Assembly (NCBI GenBank): GCA_028023455.1
Contig: JAQFVV010000005.1
Location: 8,928,001 to 8,992,000 of the forward strand
DNA length: 64,000 nt
Reading direction: 5' to 3'
Origin: Epiperipatus broadwayi
Lineage: Eukaryota > Animalia > Onychophora
The stretch's first letter is position 1; each line of letters begins with the position of its first letter. Under the pieces are notes generated by a model. The model saw nothing but the letters and a program-made list of their open reading frames with translations, was not told where the DNA came from and made no database searches. The position numbers and the translations under genes are program-made. Shown in pieces: positions 1 through 13,400 of this stretch.

Positions 1-2722
1 GTTTATTATTTTATGGTGATGATTCAAATACTAGAGCTTATTGAAATTTATAATTTAACATATAAAGATGTCAATTATAAAATTATCAATGAATAATGGC
101 TTTTATTAATGGGTCTTTACTCTTAATGGCAATTTCCAGAATGTTATCTGCAATTGGAAATAAAATTGCATTACCATCCGATCATCACTAATAACTCCGT
201 CTTACAAAAGATGGTATTACTGTACAATCATAGAAGTTCATACTAAGTGTGCTTTGAAATCTAAGAGATAATTTGATGTTAACAATGTTTTAGCCAGGAA
301 AAAGAATGTCTAAGGCTTATACATAAGAGAGTCTATCAAAATGTGAAGTTATTGATCTGGTATGAGAAGTATACTAGCATACTAGCTTTAATTAAAAAGC
401 TTGCTTTTTAAAAAATTTCAGATAGAAAGTCAATAAAAAAAAATTAAATTGGATCCCATTGACAAAAATGTGTTGGTTATATCTCTGAATCAAAGTGATT
501 CTCTGGAAAATGCCATATACTGGTCTGAGGATGGGATTAAATTGCAATGCTTTAGATATCATTAATTTCACAGGAGAATAAAGTTTTAAAATTAAATGAT
601 ATACTTTTATTACTGAAATTACATTAAAACATGATTTATGGATCAAAAATGAGTTACATTTATAATTAATTAAATATTTTCAGAGATAATTATAAGTTCC
701 TTTATCCTAGTATTTTAGTCATTGGTGTAAGAATCATCACCTGTTTAGCAGAAAAAAAATCATTAATTCACTTGATGTGTAATTTTTGTTGAAATATAAT
801 TGTATTTATATAATGGTGAATAAATTATTGCTATGTTCAAAATATATAACAAAGTAATTTTGCTTCACTTCACATAGAAGTACTATGGCTAATTTAAGCT
901 AGGTTTATTGAAACATTATATCATAACTTATTACAGTTGTTACTCTCTTTGTGTAATCTGTATAATGATGATTTCATAACTGAAAGATATTGTAACTTTT
1001 ATATTTGTCCCCTTGTTTGTGCAATCTCTATAAGTATGGTCATGATTAAAAAAATATTAGATATAAAATTATAAATTAATAAAAATAAAGTTAAAATTTG
1101 TTACATTTGTTTCTTATTATATGGTGCATATATAGTATATAATCACTTATATACACTAATATTAAAAATGTATATTATAATACAGTGTACTGCTCTATGA
1201 ATTTCTGTATGAGCATTGATCTTGAAAATAATATAGATGCAGTAGGGATGATTACTGCATTTACTTATATAAACTATTGTGGTTAAGAATTGAATACAAA
1301 ATGAGAATATTTTTTATGTTTTCAACATTTTTGGACATCGGCTAACACAGGAATAAAAATAGATACCTTGGTAACATTTTTTTCTCTGGTAGTGAAAGAA
1401 CCCAAGAGTATATATTTACCAGGAAACATATTTTTATAAGTTTTGAGAAAAATTTAAAATATGCAAGTTCAAAAAAATTAAACAATTAGTCTCCAGTCAC
1501 TTAAAGCTTTGTAAAACTGATTAAAATATAAGATCGATAACATCAAGGCTGGTGTGTATTCACTGAAACTATAAAACCTGTTGAATATTACAAAGAGTAG
1601 TTATTCACACAACACATTGGAACCAAAGATCCATAGCATTGAATATTTTTACGTCTTCTATAAGATTTATGGTGATCATATCAAAGCCAATGATTTCTGG
1701 TGTGAAAGCAGCTGTAGCAAAAACATAACTGGAAGTATGTTGTACACCTGGGAAGTTATCCAGTTTGTTTTTGCCTCTTGCATTGTGAAAATGTGATAAT
1801 TTGGGCAGACATATAGTATTTTTTGATCCAGTTATTTCTCCATAAGGATACATCTCAAATGCATATTTTAGTAATCTAGATTCTTTTATGATGCAAACAA
1901 TGTTTCCAGGCAACACTTTCTTCCAAATGATGTTTCATTTCATGCACTTAGTGGAACTAAATTTCAGTTTGAAAAAGATAAATGTGAAATATTTCTATGC
2001 TTCCTTCAATGACTTGATTTAAATATTATTTCTGTTTTGGCTTCTTTAGAAAAAGTGTCAATTTTCCACATTAATATATTTTTGAGCATTTGACAGATCC
2101 TTTCCTTTTCACCATAGTATAGATTGCTTCTTTCATTTTTCTCAACTCTTGTGAAACTGCAATTAAAAGTATATTCCTAAAAGCCAGTTATGAAAAGACA
2201 CAGAATTGTTGCTTCAGTTTTGAGTGATTCAGAAATGCTTTCTCAGCAATTGATGATATTCTAATATGATAATGTGGCTTACCTTCTCTATACTTCAAAG
2301 CATACCATTATTATAATCTTAAATATAATTAAATAGAAATTAATGAAACATTTTATATTGTGTGTATTAAATATAATTAGGACAAATCTCCATTTTTAAT
2401 ATACTATTATTATTTTAAATGCGTGCTGGTGCTTGCATGAAAATTAGATTGATCATGTAATTCCATTTCGTCAATCTGTAATTAATACTTAGACGGTGTT
2501 TTAATTGATTGATGTAACCTCAATTGCTTCCAAACAGGTTGATCTAAAAATTACTTTTTTTAATCTGCTCTGGACACCATGAATGACCAATACAATAATT
2601 AAAGCTATTTAAATATCTACAATATTTATTTAAATAATTATCTTTTATTTCTTAAAAGTCCTCAAATATTATAATTTCAATAATTTGGTACTTACAATAG
2701 TTCCTTCACCAGGCATTTTTTT

Positions 2723-3323
2723 GGTTAATTATCTATGTTCAGGGGCATCATGTTTTAAACAATATCGCGGGTTTTTTTAAGACGATTATAAAAACAATAA
2801 TTACATAAAACTCCAAATGATTGTAATTTTAAAAAATTTATATAATTTTAATAAACAAAATAAAAAACATGATGAAAAGATATTCGCTTCGAATACGTTT
2901 CGAAATTATACTGCCATTATTTACATTCGCACATAAAGTTTCATATCATGCCCATTCGCACACATTTTCCGCGCAAGCACTATTATACCATAATTTTGAA
3001 AATACTTCACAGCTTCTTCTTCTGTCACTGGTAAATAACAAATTTTAATCATTTTTGCAAAAGGTTAGGAAAAATAATTAACCGACAATTTGAACGAATG
3101 CCACGGTAAACATAAAAAAAATCATGAAAATGTTCCCAACGTGTTTGTACATTATAATATATATGGAAAAAAAAATCACTAAATGTTGTGAATGGAATGA
3201 TATTTATATATATATAAAAAAAGATTACTTTTTTAAAGTTAACATGAATTTATATTCGATTTAAATAATTTTGAGAACCCCCCCCCCCAATACTTCGATG
3301 CCCATGAAAATGGATAATTAACC
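2723..3323 (-). mobile_element. Internally deleted Merlin/ISXO2-like DNA transposon (non-autonomous)
   Basis: Imperfect terminal inverted repeats: GGTTAATTATC..CAGGGGCATC (2723-2748) and GATGCCCATG..GATAATTAACC (3298-3323). Minus strand about 2905-3045 reads LPVTEEEAVKYFQNYGIIVLARKMCANGHDMKL, resembling the N-terminus of ISXO2-type transposases. No TSD found. Confidence 0.55.
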
Positions 3324-3810
3324 AAAATTCTACCAGCGAAGAGAGAAGAGGAACAATAAGAAAGAATCAATAATTTACTTTAATATTAAAATAATATTAA
3401 TTCATTAAATTTATTACTCTTAAAATAATCGATTTTAAATATGGTTTACTTGTAAAAAATTTAAAACATGCACACACAAGATATGCCAGAGAATAATTAG
3501 TTATAAATAAAATTACACATTAATGGCTATCAATTTAAAAATACCATTTAGGATATTACAAGAACTTCATCTATTAAAACATAATTCCCTTTAAACTATT
3601 TTATTTAACTTAAATATTTCAAAATTTTAATCTCAAACAATTACTAAATAAGCCAATTAATATGTTGGCAACTATTATTTAGATATATTTTAGCAAATAG
3701 TTTAATAATATAGTTTGAAAAATATACAATAAAAGTTTTAAATGGTTTAAAATAAATGAGATTTATTTAATGCATAGCTATTTTTATTTAATTTACATAT
3801 AGAATTTAGA

Positions 3811-4539
3811 AATTATTCAAATGGAAGTCAATCTCCGATAATGCGCTATTTCTTAAATATTATAATTTTTCACGCACTTGCCCGCCGGTAGCAGTTTTAA
3901 AAACTTAAGTGAATCACTTAAGTTTAGAGCTTACATTCTATATACATCAACTGTTACAGACCGTGCTTAAATCAGGGTTTGAGTCTATTGTGTGCCTGAT
4001 CTTATAGTCAAATATTCAATTGTACAAATCTACTTAACCCTTCGCAGGAAAAAGACAGTAACTCATTTTTAACCACCTACGATTATTCAAACGTGACTTA
4101 TAAATGTAATTCTATTATTATAAAGTGTTGAAAAGTTTGAAATTATTCAGATGGAAGTCACTCTCCAATAATGCGCTATAGCTTAAATGTTATAAATTTT
4201 CATGCACTTGCCCGCATTTATAAGTTATGTTTGTCTAATCATAGGTGGTTAAAAATGAAGCACTATCTCCTGTGATGTGTTAAGTAGATTTGTACAATTG
4301 AATATTTGATTATAACATCAGGCACATAATAGACTCAAGACCTGATTTAAGCACAGTCTGTAAGAGTTGGTGTATATAGAATGTACGCTCTAAACTTAAG
4401 TGATTCACTTAAGTTTTTTAAACTCTGACCAGCGGGCGAGTGTGTGAAAATTTATGATATTTAAGAAATAGCGCATTATCGGAGATGGTCTTCCATTTGA
4501 ATTATTTCAAAGTTTTCAGCACTTTATAATAATAGATTT
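3811..4539. mobile_element. R3: non-coding ~330-bp tandem unit, 1.2 copies plus an inverted copy, flanked by a 14-bp TSD
   Basis: 3811-~4215 restarts its own beginning at about 4140, and ~4216-4539 is the reverse complement. ATATAGAATTTAGA occurs at 3797-3810 and 4540-4553. Confidence 0.85.
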
Positions 4540-4858
4540 ATATAGAATTTAGATTAAATGGATATACCATGGAATATATATTGAAGCCATGTTATCTTCC
4601 ATATGATGAGCTGATTTTCACTGTTGTGAAAATAGCTAATAAATGTAGCATACAAAAGTATTAAAATTATGTAAAATAGAAGTGATATCTTAGAATAATG
4701 TATTAAAATTAATTAGAATAGGTAATATTTGAATGTTAGAATAAAGTATTGTTATATTTAAAATAATCAAAATATATAAAATGTGCTAACACGCACAAGC
4801 ACACAAAGCTAAAAACAAATAAAGCAAATATATATTATTTTAATATCTATTCATTAAA

Positions 4859-4901
4859 TGGCTAAGCGCTTTCAAGGTTCAAGCCCTCATAATCATAGCC
4901 G
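4859..4901 (-). ncRNA. Minimal type I hammerhead, A3-U8 variant (P1)
   Basis: Reverse complement reads cggct ATGATTA T gagg-gcttgaa-cctt GAA AGCGCT T agcca. Confidence 0.7.
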
Positions 4902-4948
4902 TATTACAAAATATAATAAATTGACTCGGAGTGATGCAAATGAAATAA

Positions 4949-5152
4949 TTATGCATTCCATTTCTTGGATATTTTGTAGTAAGAGTCTTTTCTATTGATG
5001 GCATCACCATCTCTAGATATAAAGAAAGCTTTTATCTTTCTTTTTAGATCATGTCGCTCTCTGCACACCACCACTGGATTTCCCGGTTGACAATCATGCC
5101 CAGCTGAAGCACGGTGCTTCGCAAATACTGAACTATGAGCGGTGTCCAACAA
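4949..5152 (-). pseudogene. PLE GIY-YIG endonuclease C-terminal fragment
   Basis: SSVFAKH...GHDC...KRKIKAFFI..DGDAINRKDSYYKISKKW aligns by eye with the P1 endonuclease ORFs at 57879 and 62848. Confidence 0.8.
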
Positions 5153-5325
5153 AGCTTTATTATAAGAATAAGTGTGTTGAGATAGCCTAGTGGAGAGGCC
5201 CTAGTCTCACCATAATATGATGATCTACGAAATAGAAAAGACTCTTAATACAAAATATCCAAGAAATGGAATGCATAATTATTTCATTTGCATCACTCCA
5301 AGTCAATTTCTTATATTTTGTAATA

Positions 5326-5368
5326 TGGCTATGATTATGAGGGTTTGAACCTTGAAAGCGCTTAGCCA
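5326..5368 (+). ncRNA. Minimal type I hammerhead, A3-U8 variant (P1)
   Basis: tggct ATGATTA T gagg-gtttgaa-cctt GAA AGCGCT T agcca. Stem I is tggct/agcca and stem III is a palindrome. Confidence 0.75.
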
Positions 5369-5610
5369 TTTAATGAATAGATATTAAAATAATATATATT
5401 TGTTTTTAGCTTTGTGTGCTTGTGCGTGTTAGTGCATTTTATATATTTTGATTCATAATTAGCCACAAAGTATAAACTTTTTGCTTATTTAAGATAATGA
5501 TAAATAATATAATAGTAAATATAGGGGATTTGAATTCAGACTTTGAAGCACCCTTAAACTATTCATACTATCTCATACATGTAGAAAAAATGTAGAAAAA
5601 ATAAATAGTC

Positions 5611-5654
5611 ACCAATATACGTATTTCAAGCTAAACCAGCACTCATCAGTTGGT
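5611..5654 (-). ncRNA. Type I hammerhead ribozyme (R1)
   Basis: Reverse complement reads accaa CTGATGA gtgct-ggttt-agctt GAA ATACGTAT A ttggt: canonical core, 8-nt palindromic stem III. Confidence 0.85.
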
Positions 5655-6568
5655 CCAGAATCTACCACACACATATAATCAGTGCTCAGTTTATACTAAG
5701 ATAGCAAATCCTCATACTTTAATGGACAGGCTTCACTCCACTCCAACTCTTCAGCCATCCATACCATTGAAAATCTGATGATGGAAAACTCAAATCTCAT
5801 GCTGATGCCAATATTATTGTCATGCCCATGTTGACCTCAAGTCATTCTGACCCCTCATGTATAGGACCTTATCCATTTAAAAACTTAGAAGAGGGATGGG
5901 CAGGATGCAGGCTTAATGGGTAAATATTTGAAACACAGGCACTCTTCACATACCTGGAGCCTAATTGTAAATATAGGGATTTGAACTCAGACTTCCAAGC
6001 ACCCTTCAACTATCCATATTATCTCATACCACTGATACACATAACCACATGTAGAAAAGATAGATAATCACCAATATATGTACTTCATGCTAAACTAGCA
6101 CTCATTAGTTGGTCCAGATTATCATTTCCCACACATATATTTACCTTTAATACATGTATGTGGTCATGTGTATCAGTGGTATGAGATAGTATGGATAGTT
6201 GAAGAGTGCTTGAAAGTCTGAGATCAAATCCCTATATTTACAATTAGGCTCCAGGTATGTGAAGAGTGCCTGTATTTCAAACATTTATACATTAAGCCTG
6301 CATCCTGCCCATCCCTCTTCTATCTATTTAAATGGATAAGGTCTTATACATGAAGGGTCAGAATGACTTGAGGTCAATCTGGGTATGGCAATAATATTAG
6401 CATCAGCATGGGATTTGCAATTTCCATCATCAGATTTTCAATGGTATGGATGGCTGAAGAGTTGGGGATTGGAGTGGATTGAAGCCTGTCCATTAAAGTA
6501 TGAGGATTGCTATCTTAATATAAAATGAGCACTGATTATATATGTGTGTGAGAGAGATGATAATCTGG

Positions 6569-6612
6569 ACCAACTGATGAGTGCTGGTTTAGCATGAAAT
6601 ATTTATATTGGT
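6569..6612 (+). ncRNA. Type I hammerhead ribozyme (R1)
   Basis: accaa CTGATGA gtgct-ggttt-agcat GAA ATATTTAT A ttggt. Stem I extends as taatc/gatta across a TGG bulge. Confidence 0.85.
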
Positions 6613-9519
6613 GATTACTTGTCTATTCTACATGTATGTGGTCATGTGTATCAGTGGTATGAGATAGTATGGATAGTTGAAGAGTGCTTGAAAGTCTGAG
6701 TTCAAATCCCCTATATTTACAATTAGGCTCCAGATATATGAAGAGTGCCTGTATTTCAAATATTTGTAAATAATATAATAGATTTGATAAAGTTTAATTT
6801 TAAGAAAAACTAATAAATTATATAAAGAATGTTAAAATTGTATAGAGAGTTTTGCCTCTTTTTATCAAATATTAAAAGAATTTATGGAATGTATTGAAAA
6901 ACAACTCAGTTAATTACACTCGTGTTAAAAGAAATAGATTTTAAATCATTAAATTAAAAATAAGTTAATAAAAAGATTATGCTTCCTTTGAGACTTATAA
7001 GAGATTTGAAAACAAGAAAAACATTAGAGCTATTTAATAATTATATTGTTTTGAAAATTCATGTAATTAAAATGCAATGAAATTATAAAGAATTCAGAAG
7101 AAAAAGATTATCAAAGGTGTTAATATATTGCAAGGGGTTAAAAGTATATAAAATCAATTTTTCTTGAAAATTAATCAGCCTGGATTTTTACTTTATTTAA
7201 GCTTCATTAAACCATCATTACAATGACGAAGTAAAAAAACATGAAACTCCAACTCTGAAATCCAACCTGAATCCATTGTGAACCTAACTAAGCTAAAAAA
7301 AGTGTGTAAATCTCAATTTTTCAAGACAGAAGATTGATAAAGGACATTATAGCAGCTTGTAAATAAAAAAACATGATTATCATGAAAGAAAAATTGGCCC
7401 ACAAAAAAAAAATTCTCACAATGAACTGTAGAGAATTCTGGCTATAAAACCCTCTCATGAGTTAAAAAAAAATTATACATTAGTCTATTATCTTAATGTA
7501 TTTAACCATTTTAAGTTTTATTAACTTATATTTAATTCTAACAAATGATACTTAGTTATTTATAAAGTGTTTATATATTATTTAATTCTAAAAAATGATA
7601 TTTTGTTATTTATAAAGTGTTTATATATTATTTAATTGATTGATTAAAGGAACAAGCAATCTTTTATTTTTAAAAAAGGGTCAGCATTTGCTCTTAAGGG
7701 CTACAAATAATTGAACTGTATTTTAAAACATCTAAATACAAAATTTGTTTCATCTTTTCCTTTAGTATATATATATATGCTTATCTAAAGTTCTATCTTT
7801 TAAAAAAAAGTTCTTTTCATGTAGAAATTGTCAGTCAATATGTAAAATTTGATAAAATAATAAGGATGTAATATTCATTTTAAACATAATGAGTGGTAGT
7901 ATAATTATTAGTTTTAAGTTAAAGGTTTATTTTGAATTTCTATCAAGTTCATTTTATGTAATTTAACCCTTGTTAATGGCCAGAATTAAATTTTTTGTAA
8001 ACAGAACTTAAATATAAATGCAATTGTTAGATTACTATTGAAGAGTTAAAATATACTATATTTATGTAGTTAATTTAGTCATAGTTTTGATCTAGTAAAT
8101 TTGAGATCATATCCAAAGGCCCATCTCAGTTAATTGTTATTATTAAATCAAGATTTGGGCCTAAAGTGATTACTCCTTAGAATTGTCAATGTAAGGAAAG
8201 TGATTGATTATAATAATTTCATATTAGATATTTGTGTGACTATGCTATGAAGCTAATGATATTAATAAATATATTGTGAGGATTAGCTATGCAGAGGATA
8301 TTTAGGATGTATTAAAAGCCAGGGATTTACTCTGCAGGGAGTGTGCTCAGTAATATAACCATGTTAGTATTGTAATATATAATTGAAGGATTCTTTTAAA
8401 ATTAATCGAAATAAATTTTAGACACTACTATTATTTTCCACCATGCTTGTGAAATAAAAATTAGGAAATAGAAGAAATGTCTTATTAAATCATATTACCA
8501 TTGAAATATAATCAATTATGAAGACAATTGTCATACATGTTTAGGGGAAAGACCATACTTCTTAATAAATTATTGTTTTGTTATTTGTTTAAATAATATG
8601 CTAACTTCTTTATATGTAATATTGTCTGGTCTACATAAGTTTCATGTTCATTTCATCAGGATTAGATTACGTTTTATATGATTTGGCCAGATATTATAAA
8701 TAGTCCTAGTGTTGTGGTTAACATCATCACACATTGAAGAAAGTAGTTCCAAAGCTTATTAATATAAATAAAAAAATTATATGTTATGGGATATTTTCTG
8801 GTAATTAATGTCAGGTGGCTTCTGAATCAATTAAAATAAATTTAATCATTGAAACATATATAACATTTATGTTTTGTGACATGATGCATTGTTTTAAAAA
8901 TGAAAAAAAAAAATAGTTCAAAAATTTAGATGAAGACTTAAATGAAATCAGTTAGTAAAGTATTTGCATGTGATTAATTTTAGTATCAGTATGTATCTAA
9001 ATTATTTTAATTCAAAAAAGAAAGATTGTTTTAAATATTTTTTAAATGTAGTTTTTAGTAAACTGTCATTTTAATTAAAACAAAAGAATGTATAAATAGC
9101 ATTATATTACTGCATAAGTAGGCAGATTATGAAAAAAACTAATGAAGTAATTATACAACTATTAAATTTTTTTACAACATTTTTTGTTTTAACAAAATAA
9201 AATAAGTTTTTTAGAAACACTTATGATATGCAACTAACTATTTCAGTTAGATAAAGTGAGGTAAACTGCTAATTTATTGTGCACAACATGCTTTTCTAAA
9301 TGAATCAAGACACTGAACAGTTGGCATGCATAAGTGGAAGGATAGCTATGTTATCATCATTTTTTTCCAGTGGATTAACTTACTTGACTCAGAAAAAGGG
9401 AATGGTATTTGTTGATTAAACACACACGCTGCGTGATGGTGCAATTTATGTGCCAACCTTGAAATTCCATTAATTTAAGCCATGGACTATCAATTATTTG
9501 TGATTAAAATAATAAAATT

Positions 9520-10470
9520 TTTGCCTGCAGTTACAAAACAATTTTAAAAAGTTTATAAAACTACATGAAAGAGTTCATACTATAGCAAAACATTTTCATT
9601 CTATCTTGGACGAGTTAAGATAGCTGAAGAAGAAACACACAAAAGTGATCATATTGGAAAACATTCCAGTTTGCCCAAAAAATGACATTTAAAGTTTCGT
9701 GAGATAATTCAAATAGAAATAAACCTTTTTTGGTATTAGTGCTGTAAAAAATGGTATAAAAATATATGTAGGAATACATACAAGTAAAAACTTTTCAAAA
9801 TAGGTTTTGCAATTATAAAACAACTGCAAAAATTTTTTAAAAAACATGAAGTATTCCATATTAGAGAAAAAAATTTCCAGTATATTTTCTGTGATTTCAA
9901 AACAGCCAAGAAAAAATAATTTAAAATTATATGAAATAGATCAATACAGTACAAAAACCATTTTAATATTATTTTTATGATTATAATATACTCGTATACA
10001 ATATAATCTAAAAGCAGATGAAATATTGCAAAAAAAAAAAAAACTTTAATGCAAATTGTATAATTGCAAGACAGAAAAAATAATTTAAAACTACATAAAA
10101 TAAATCACATGCTGGAAAAATCTCTTCAATGCATGTGTAATTCCAAGAGAGCCAGAAGTATTGCTTTCAGTTACAAAAAATAACTTATATAGGAGAAAAA
10201 CCTTTCTAGTATAGCTTATATGATTACAAGACTGCTTAAGATAAATTAAAAAATACATGAAATAAATCATACTGAGAAAAAATCTTTCCAGTGTTTGTTA
10301 GGTGATGACAAGCCTGCTGTAAAGTTAATTTCAAATGGCATGAATTTCTTCATACAGAAGAAAAATCATTTCAATGTTCAAGACCAGTATAAATTGACAA
10401 ATGAAGTAAGTCATACTGAGAATAAATATTTTCAATGCAGTATTTGCAACTATAGCAACCATCAATGAGA
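9520..10470 (+). pseudogene. Decayed tandem C2H2 zinc-finger array
   Basis: Frame-broken finger and linker remnants: LKLHERVHT, LKIHEINHTEKKSFQC, WHEFLHTEEKSFQC, EVSHTENKYFQCSICNYS. Confidence 0.7.
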
Positions 10471-13400
10471 ATCTACAAATTTTAAATGCAATGAATACTA
10501 AAAAAAATCAGAAAATAACAAAACTACAGTTCTACAGCATAAAATAGTGTTGTAATGAATCAGAATAGTGTGGAATTGAAGTTAATCAAGAACTTAAAAT
10601 AGATGCATTAAAAAGGACAGAATCTATAAAGCAATAGGATATTCCTATATTCAACCAACCTTGAGATACACACAATTGTGAAAATGTTTTTAATAAATTA
10701 GGTGATGAAAGAAATCTATAATTGAAATAGTATTAAATCCACCAGATGAAGAAAGTAAATTCACCTTAGGGGAGACAATATTGCAATTTCTAAAATGCAT
10801 AGACTAACAATTTTTTAAATAGTTTATCAGTGCTTATCTGGTAATGATAAAAAAATAATAATAATTACAGAGTGTAATGTTGAATATAACTGTAGGATAT
10901 CTAAATAACACAAATTTTGATGTTAATTTTATAAATCAATCTAAGATTGATATTGAAGTGATGTTCTGCTATGCGAACTGAAAGATGTGCACTAGTTATC
11001 TGTGCAGACCCAAAAGATAGCTATCCTATCAAAATTATACTTTTGTGAAAATTAACTTGCCTGCAATGGAAGAAAAATTCTTGATGCTTTGTTAGCTAAA
11101 ATCATAGGAATTATTAAATTTGAGCCAGAACTAAATTAAAATGGAATGCAATAAAAATTTACACTGAAAATATTAGATGATCACATCATAATAAGGTCAT
11201 CACTTTTAATCATTTCCCTTTATTCAGTATGCCAACATGTGGTTAATGGTTATTGTCATTCTAAGTCCATTACTTTTTATTGCATATAAAATAAAGGTAT
11301 GAGCACCAGCTCAATTTTATTCTAACATATTTGCATTATGATGTATATATACACAAGAATTGATAAAATGTAAAATACATTTCTGACATTTTTTTACAAA
11401 TAGAATATATATATTTTTTATTTTCATAGATAAAACTTGTAAAGAGATAGTTAAAAATATTGATCAGAATGTTGATATTAGTTTCATTCGAAAAATGTTG
11501 ACTCGGAATTTCTAAGATGAAATTATTGTCAAATAATGAGCTATAACTTCTAATTGAATATTATTTAATAATTTACAGAGTGATTTATATCATTTGCATT
11601 AAAAATAAATTTGAAAATTAGTTTGCACATCCATATTAAAAATAATAACATATCAAAACAAACAATCAAGTCAGTTACCCAAAAAATTAAAATGTAAATC
11701 CCATTCTAATAATTTTTTACAGATCATTTATTCACATCTAGAAAGTATTTCTGTTACAAAACAATTTAGAAAATATCAACTTATAGTGTCAACTTATTTC
11801 TTTGAAAACAGCATGAAAGATGAACATTGTATTAACTATTGATAGATGGATGAAATGAGTGAAAATTACTAAAAAAAAAAGCAAGAGGCAATTAAAAAAA
11901 TTATACCTAGAAAACAGATGGACAAACCACACAGAAGTCAATTTTTGTTTATATTCAGTACTTACCAAAATAATCTTGATTGCATCATAAACAGAATGAA
12001 AATGGGTAAATTGTTCTTTCAAAATTACAGTTTTACATTGGAAATGCTTTGGCACAAAAGCAATGACAGCCATCACAAATGTGAAATCATACATGGTAGA
12101 TTAGAAATAAGTTGTACACTTAGACAAACCTTCAGTTATATTTTTCTACCAATGGAAGCTGTATCAAAAGATTCTTCTAATTTGGAATAAGGCAGCAGTA
12201 CTCTCATCATCAGCATATTAATTTTTCCAATTGTTACCCTGACTGAATTGATCAAAAATTTGAACATTTTGAAAAAAATAATTAGATTCATTCTATGACA
12301 ATATTATATTCTAAAAAAATAATAATTAGAATCATTTGATTTGGGCAATATTGTAATTGTTCAAAGTAAGAAATAAGTATATTCGAATTGAAAATGTAAT
12401 AGTTTTGGATTACACTAAGGTTAATATACAAATTAAAATTGGATTTAAAAAATCACATTAACAGAAATTCAAATAAAGTATATAGGGCATTCAAATAAAA
12501 CATCTAAACTCAGGTGTATTCAATAATCTGCTCTACCATCTGATAATGACGATCCAAGAACATATATGCAAAGTTAAGTTAAATATAATTATTCCAAAAG
12601 CATTTTAAATTTTCCTTTCTAAGTTTCAATTTAAAATTGAGTTTTTAAGCATTAATTTTTCTAAGTAAATTTTATTTCTGGATAACTTATTGTCTATCAT
12701 CATCATTATAACTTATTAATATTATTTCTATACATTTTCCAGTGGATTATATTGCTTCTCAATATTAATAGATATTAATGGTATATGTTGTAAGGAATTC
12801 AAAAATAAACTAAAATTGTTAATAAAAAAGTAATTTATATATTATCATTACATAAGTAATTCACAACCATCTCAATTTAGAGAAAGTAAATAAAGAAAAA
12901 TACAAAAGATTGAGTTTAGTAAATATAAATATTATTCTCAAGGCTTTTTAGTTAAATATGATAAAAGGTCTTACCAAATAATAAAATGTTTTAAACTGCA
13001 TTTTTGTAGTGTAAGCTTATAATATAGATGAGTCCCAGAGATATATGATAGGTCTTATGGCAAAGTCCACTTCTTTCCTAATAGCATGGTTTTCTTCTTT
13101 AAACAGGGGCATTACATTCTATGTAACTTCAATGTTCATATCTGAATTTGATTGCATTGTTTCAGTTCTTTAGACTGTTATGTGTCTTTTGTTTTCTAGC
13201 TACCCATATAAAATAAAGTTTTCCTAACTACTATCACCATATTTCATAAAGTGGTTGAACTATTGAAAAATACTTTTAAAACAGTCAGCAAGGTACAAGC
13301 TATCGGAAACTATTCTGAAAGAACTGCTTTATTCAGTGATTTTTATTTTTAACAATATTTTTCTATTAGCATTTTCTCTTTTCATTGAATCAGACTGCAC

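Larger units (their letters stand above)
4765..5453. mobile_element. Penelope-like element P1, 3' fragment with inverted tail copy
   Basis: 4765-~4997 is the reverse complement of ~5231-5453. Minus-strand ORF 4949-5152 is a GIY-YIG C-terminus homologous to 57879-58247. Confidence 0.85.
5516..6766. mobile_element. R1 retrozyme-like element: ~460-nt tandem unit, two inverted arms of about 1.3-1.4 units, 15-bp TSD
   Basis: Hammerheads recur at 5611 and 6070 (459 nt apart) and the inverted arm spans ~6152-6766. TSD TAAATAATATAATAG at 5501-5515 and 6767-6781. No ORF. Confidence 0.9.

Noticed and set aside
1-2340. Possible pseudogene or transposase remnants (ORFs 1581-1796 and 1605-1916; an HxH-like KPHYHI string near 2260-2290 minus)
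   Set aside because: Frames are broken and no family motif could be recognised with confidence. A fleeting resemblance to a membrane protein or Rep motif is not supportable without a search.
6800-8900. Possible PLE RT (F.TL.KLHKP-like) and Gypsy RT remnants
   Set aside because: The motifs need several frameshifts to appear, so evidence is insufficient.
10560-12600. Possible second MULE-like relic (YLENRWTNHTE)
   Set aside because: Only one weak motif; too degenerate to call.
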